From positions 404,578 to 468,577 of the forward strand of contig CAWHXP010000008.1 of assembly GCA_963833425.1 (NCBI GenBank): 64,000 nucleotides of DNA, given 5' to 3'. The stretch's first letter is position 1, and each line of letters opens with the position of its first letter. This document shows, piece by piece, positions 58,309 to 64,000 of the stretch. A model generated the notes under the pieces. That model made no database searches. It saw nothing but the letters and a program-made list of their open reading frames with translations, and was not told the DNA's origin. The DNA is from an uncultured Methanosarcinaceae archaeon (GTDB lineage Archaea > Halobacteriota > Methanosarcinia > Methanosarcinales > Methanosarcinaceae). Both the position numbers and the translations under genes were made by a program.

Positions 58309-60833
58309 TTAAATTTTTGGTTTGTGAAAGAGAATTTTTCGACAGGTATTTTATCGCGATGATTTAAAAAAGCGATCTGAAGGGAGTAAATAAAAGTGTT
58401 GAGTAAACAGCTCATCGCCGCTTTGCATAGAGTGGTAATATTTTTCAGCTGAAAAGTTACGACACACTTTCTGCAAATATGGCCAAGAGCATCACATATT
58501 TTCTCAATATGACAGTAGCTTAAAAATTAATCTAACTTTAATAAAAATTATAGGCAAGTAGGAAACAGATTTTGGAATTGTATACATATGCTGAATGCTA
58601 AAACTATCTTTAAATAAAATAACCAGGTTCCAGAAATAAAAAAAGTAAATGAACAAAATAGATGAAAGGATTTTGATAGGATTCCGTGAGAAAAAATTCA
58701 AGGCTAATTGGAATCCTTAAAGTTTTTTTGTAGATTAAAATTGTAAGCAGGATAATTAATCACATATAATACTTTATAATTAGGATAAAAATTAACGAAA
58801 CTACAAGTAAAAAATATTAATTTAAACCATAGCTAATTATATATATTTTATTTTTAAATAATCAATTACTTGCAAGTACGCAAGATAAAGTATAATAATA
58901 TATAATATCAATAATAATCACAAAATAGACCTATGTGTTTTGTGGCATCTATGAATCCACTAGGCTACACTATATCGGCATAAATTAAATATATAATTAT
59001 AGTTTTATACTACGTTGGGAAAATACGATTATAAAGAATTAATATACACCCCCTGTAAGCTTCATAACTATAGAATTCGTGCATTTTAGATACGGAATCA
59101 AACTCAGTAGACTTACTAGTTCAAACATACATTTTAAACAGTAAAGTTTTAATGCGACTGATTTTTCAGCTTAATTTCATAAGCACGAAAAGATATTTTT
59201 TTAACAATTATTAAATATTATATACAATTAATAATCAGAAATTCTAAATTTATTATTTTAAATATCCATTCAAATATATTTAGTTTAATAGATTTTATTA
59301 ATAACATATATTTTAGTATATACATTAATTTATAGTTTCAATAATCTCTATGTTACTTGCGTAATAACAATTAATTCAATCAACAGATATAATATATAAT
59401 AGAATATAATATTCAAAAATACATTTTCTAAGATGTAATGGTAAATTTTGTATAAATTGGACAAATTAAAAAAAAGTTATAGAATATATAATCATTAATT
59501 ATACAATAATTTACAGGTGATCTTATAAACAATATATATTTAAAAAATACTATTTAAATATTAATTTATAAGAGTAGATTAATAAAATAATATTTGACTG
59601 ACTGATGATAGACTATTATTACTTATTTAGATTATATAAATATAGTTACATAATATCTTGAAATGACCTCGGCGTAGTTACCCATAAGAAACTAAATAAG
59701 AGACAAAAAAATACATGATTCACAGCTCTACTCACAAAAAATATTTCTGAGATTTAAATCCATTTTGAGGATTTTGTTAATTCTATCTCTTGCTTATAAG
59801 TCGTAAATCGGGTAACAAGCTTTTAAGTTTTTGAAAATGAAAGATATCATTTGTTGTTCTGTTAATTTTAAATTTTTGTATTATAAATTTTGCTTTTTGA
59901 ATTAATTTTAGCGCTATATCGATGTTCAGGAAAATAATTCAATAGACTATAGGAATCAATATTGCAGTTTACATAATTTTACATTTAACCCCCGATTTTG
60001 TGAAGTCAACCATCCCAAAGACTATGTGAATATGTATATTTTGGCCGACAAACCCCCCATTAAATGAAAAAAAACATCTAGAAAAACATATTAATTAATT
60101 GGAGCTAATTATACATAGAGACTATATGTATTACTGAACATATTATCTGTGGCCGGGAAAACAAAAATACATCCAAAGATCTAATTTCAAAAAATAGTTA
60201 AATTACCTTGGCCTTGTTGTTAACTATTCTTCCCTTTTGGACTATACGTTTTTATAATAACTTAAATCAAAGCGTCTATACTCCGTCAGTGAAATTAAGG
60301 TAGAAAAATGCAGTATTAAATGAGAACTGGAATTTAAAAAAAGACCTGTTTTTTAAATAATATTCAAACTATGTACATCTCTAAGATATATAATCGAGTT
60401 CTGGTTAGGCAGTATACTATTTTTATACAATAATAACTTTTAAAACCCTTGGAAAAAAATTGGGCATAAAGAACTAAATTACAAGCATCAAGTGTAAATT
60501 TGAGTTAAAATTTAACCCAAATTTGCGATATTTCCAGATTAATCGATCTAACGACAAATTTGTCTCAAAAAAGTAGCTTAAAAATCTAAGATTTATGATA
60601 CATATTAGTAAATATTTTTAATAAATTTTTTTGTACTCTATTATAAAAGATATATTTTCTAGTCTCGGTATTTTGGATCTTTAAGCAGGATCAAATAAAT
60701 GCATTTCCATTAAAATAAAATTTTAAAATGTAATTCTAATTAGATACACGTACTAATACTTAATTTCAATATTTTTATACAGAATAAAGTTAGTGAATTG
60801 AAATAGATAAAGTCACTAAATTAAGTGACTTGA

Positions 60834-61298
60834 CTATACTTCTAATCGTATCTCAAATATTTCTTCAAATAATTTGTATTTTTTCCGTGCTTTATATAAA
60901 TACTGACGAATTGGAGTTTCATTTCTTGTCTTGGCAAAAAGAGCTTCAATTTCTCCTCTGGAAAAAACAGCTTGAAGCTTTTTAATGGATATTTTCTCGA
61001 GCTCGTTGCTGTCTTTAATTACCAGATTGTTGATTGTAATTGGGACTGGGAGCAAAGATAATGGAGCTTCATCAATCCAGCTCCATTCCAAGTTGTAGAT
61101 GTTTGCGTAAAAAGTTCCACAGGAAACACATTTTGTTACAACCACATTTGTCTGACTTACAGAGTGGTAACTAAGGCTAACAAGCATTGCAGAACAGCTA
61201 CTACAGCTTCCTATCTCATTTTCTCCCAGGTCGTACGCAGGAATTCGGTTTTCTCCAATGCAGAGATTATTGTTCACAAGATCGTACTTATATCCCAT
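60834..61298 (-). CDS. Hypothetical protein with two CxxC pairs (putative Zn ribbon)
   Basis: CSSC and CVSC, with a helical C-terminus. The likely start is MGYKY. Confidence 0.75.
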   Translation of the reverse strand: MGYKYDLVNNNLCIGENRIPAYDLGENEIGSCSSCSAMLVSLSYHSVSQTNVVVTKCVSCGTFYANIYNLEWSWIDEAPLSLLPVPITINNLVIKDSNELEKISIKKLQAVFSRGEIEALFAKTRNETPIRQYLYKARKKYKLFEEIFEIRLEV

Positions 61299-62186
61299 TT
61301 GATCAACTCTTGGAGGAGGGCGGAGATTCGTAATCAAAATTATTAGCCATCGTGCTTTTTTGATTTTTATTTACTTCTTTGGTCTAAGGTTATTAACTTA
61401 TTAATATTAAACCCTATGAACAGATGAATTCGTCTTCAGCGTTTTCAGCCATTCTACAAATTTTCACTTTCTTTCTTCAAAGTGTCGAGATATGCGGGAA
61501 TGAACTGCAAAATTCTTTTAGAGTGAACTTTGGAAAAGTAGATTTACTAACGCCAGTTTTATTGCTATTCTTTATAAAAAAGTAGCAATTTCAAGCTTTG
61601 AGAAATAACCATATTATGAGCTGATATTCCTTTTAAGTTTATATAATTTGAGATCCTACAGCTATTTTGAACAAAAATTTTGTTAAAATATTTTTCGAAG
61701 ACTGATATGCATTGGTCATTAAGCACAAATTTAGAAACTTTTGATCCTGCACTGAGTTTTTGAATTGTTGCTGTAAATTCCAAGTGAACTGATAGTAGAA
61801 TATGGTGAACCAGAAATATTGAAAATTTTTATACAAATGAGTTTTCACCGCATCATGTAATTGCTCAAATCAAATTTTTCTAAGCTTATACAAGACCTCT
61901 TTTACTAGTTTTTCTGGATTTTATGCTAGGAGGTTTATATCCGAAGTGTGACTACCCGTTTTTCCGGATTCTGTCTATGCCTACTTGTTTTTGCTTTATT
62001 TTCTGGAGGTCCATTCTCTTTTACATTTCATGAATCTAAATATTTAAAAGTAGCTTTACGAATCAACTCATTTATTATTTTCAAACCAAGTAATCAAGTT
62101 GGCTTCCTTCAGGGAGAATAAATTTACAAATCTATATATAGAACTACAACTGACATAGTTTACTAAAGCAGTAAAGGTGGTAATTA

Positions 62187-62504
62187 ATGGTATCCATCCG
62201 AGCTAAAATTAATTCCAGATTAGAGAAATTTCTAGAAGTAGATTACAGTGGATATCGAAGAGCTATATTATGCTTTTTCATCCAAGTAAAAAAAACAACT
62301 ATCGATGAACTGCATGAAATGCTATGTGGTAAGTATAGTGTTTCAAGAAACACAGTTGCATCTATGGTAGGATACATTCATTCGAAACTCGGAATTTTGA
62401 GAGCACACAAAGAATCATATAAAACCCCAATGGTTTACTTCCTGAGAGAAGAATATATGGATCTACTTATGAAGATCGTAACCCCATCTAAAAATTCTAC
62501 TTGA
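62187..62504 (+). CDS. DUF2551 family protein (winged-helix-like)
   Basis: RLEKFL..D.SG.RR and VASMVGYIHSKLGIL. Confidence 0.8.
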   Translation: MVSIRAKINSRLEKFLEVDYSGYRRAILCFFIQVKKTTIDELHEMLCGKYSVSRNTVASMVGYIHSKLGILRAHKESYKTPMVYFLREEYMDLLMKIVTPSKNST

Positions 62505-62552
62505 TCAATTTTCTAAGAAATTCAAGTTTTCATTTATAATTGCCTGATTAAA

Positions 62553-62957
62553 ATGTCAATTGTGAAAAACGCACCCAGAACAGCAACCACTATCGTAGTA
62601 AGATCAGATGCCAATGCACGCATAAGTCATTCAAGAGACCCATATTACAGCCTTATGCGACGTGTTTTTCAGGACGAAACTACTGCTGCTAGGGGTCAAA
62701 AGTTTTTGATAATAATTGAAGAGCGGCAAGCTGCAGGAGAAGCAATTCGGACTGAAGAATGGAAGACCCTTCTGGAAGAACTGCAGATAAGTCGCGCCTC
62801 ATTTTACGCAATGCGCAACAAGTTACTCGGAGCTGGGCTAATCTCAATAAAAAATAAAGAATACAGGCTTTCAGGTCAGTTCTCAAGGGATCTTATGGAT
62901 ATGGCTCGATGGTGGTGGACAGTAGTTCTTAATCAGCCAGGAGAAATTCTATACTAA
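62553..62957 (+). CDS. Conserved hypothetical winged-helix-like protein
   Basis: LQISRASFYAMRNKLLGAGLI..YRLS has an HTH-like pattern. Confidence 0.7.
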   Translation: MSIVKNAPRTATTIVVRSDANARISHSRDPYYSLMRRVFQDETTAARGQKFLIIIEERQAAGEAIRTEEWKTLLEELQISRASFYAMRNKLLGAGLISIKNKEYRLSGQFSRDLMDMARWWWTVVLNQPGEILY

Positions 62958-63010
62958 AGAGTAAGATCTTTTCTTTGAGATTTAATTTCGATATACAGAA
63001 ACTTCAACAG

Positions 63011-63030
63011 AAAACTATATATATATAATT
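63011..63030 (+). promoter_or_regulatory. Candidate BRE/TATA region for the tRNA gene
   Basis: AAAACTATATATATATAATT lies ~60-80 nt upstream of the tRNA. Confidence 0.35.
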
Positions 63031-63090
63031 ATCCCTTAGAAGAAGTACTCCAGAGAGAATAAAATTCACTACATAGCGAAAAATCATTGA

Positions 63091-63163
63091 AGCCCGGTAG
63101 TGTAGTGGTCAATCATGCGGGACTCTGGATCCTGCAACCTCGGTTCGAATCCGTGCCGGGCTA
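63091..63163 (+). tRNA. tRNA-Gln (CTG)
   Basis: Acceptor stem AGCCCGG/CCGGGCT, anticodon loop CTCTGGA, T-loop GGTTCGAATCC. No intron. Confidence 0.95.
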
Positions 63164-63457
63164 CCTATTTTGTAAGCAACCTTGCTTTTTTTACTCACGG
63201 TAACCGTTTTGTGGGAAACTTTTTAATTTTGCATAATCACAATATTCAAGGAAATATTTTGATCGTGTTTTGTATTTTGTTATGAGTACTACCGATAGGA
63301 TGAAAATAAGACTTTTATAATTTTCTTGATTTTTTATCGAGTGCAGTCGATTGTCGATTAATTAATGGTAATTTTGGCGGTCGAATAGCTATCGAAAGTA
63401 TCATGAAAAATATGCAAGGTTTCTATATGACCAAAAAATTTTCTGGTGCTTGCTATG

Positions 63458-64000
63458 GAGAATTTCTATAAATTCCTATGCATCGATCATTGGTTAGTTC
63501 AAATTTTCCAATATTATTTTACTCATGGAAAATTTTATTGATTTTGCCTTAAAGAAGAATGCAAAAGCCTTCTGTCGGTTGGAAACAAAATGGCTGAAAT
63601 TTATTACGCATTTGATTTGAAATCTTTCATATCATTTTTGAGTCTATGTATTTTAACAAAACAATGTTAAACAGGCCTAAAACAGATGTAATCGTTATGT
63701 CTAAAATGTTTGTTTCACGTAATGCACGGTCTTTCAGGCTTTGAACTTGAGAAACAATGAATTAACTGACGTTCTTTTAGGAAATTTCTTGGTTTTCCTT
63801 AGTGTATACCAGATAGTAACACAATTTTATCATTAAGAAAAGAATTGTCAATAACTGCAAAGAGGAAATATGTTAATAAGTGCGAATCCAATTCAATTTC
63901 CTTTGTTTGGAAATAATAAATCAATTGATTCAGAAGCTACTTTTATTCATTTCCTAGACGTACAAAAGAAAATAAACAGCAGGAAAATGAGCAAAAAAAG
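63458..64000 (+). mobile_element. Old, heavily mutated IS5-family copy running off the window
   Basis: End GAGAATTTCTATAAA. Fragments MENFIDFALKEECKSLLSVGNKMAEI and EATFIH. Confidence 0.8.

Noticed and set aside
63091..63163. tRNA-Gln as the att site of the mobile element
   Set aside because: I found no duplicate of its 3' end in the window and no integrase nearby.

Overview
AT-rich archaeal window. The gene content and IS types point to Methanosarcina or a close relative (inference from recognisable protein families). The first ~8 kb is the right part of a decayed integrated mobile element: a replication-protein C-terminus with an iteron-like inverted repeat, a frameshifted family A DNA polymerase, an intact ParB-like/MT-A70 methyltransferase, a second PolA remnant and an HTH/terminase-small-like gene. 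Cargo follows (SulP, GC-rich NnrD, MgtA, DUF1269, CPBP and PrsW proteases), then core genes (tRNA methylthiotransferase, glpX), a fragmented SIR2-STAND(-CHAT) defence-like locus, surface proteins, a stress cluster (USP, MBL-rhodanese, SOD, gap pseudogene, Hsp20), sudB/sudA, glnK with a destroyed amtB, apgM and tRNA-Gln(CTG). By my own summation, apparently intact ORFs cover only about 35% of the window. The rest is pseudogenes, IS remnants, ~90-bp MITEs and AT-rich spacers, which suggests strong genome erosion. No CRISPR array or rRNA was seen.
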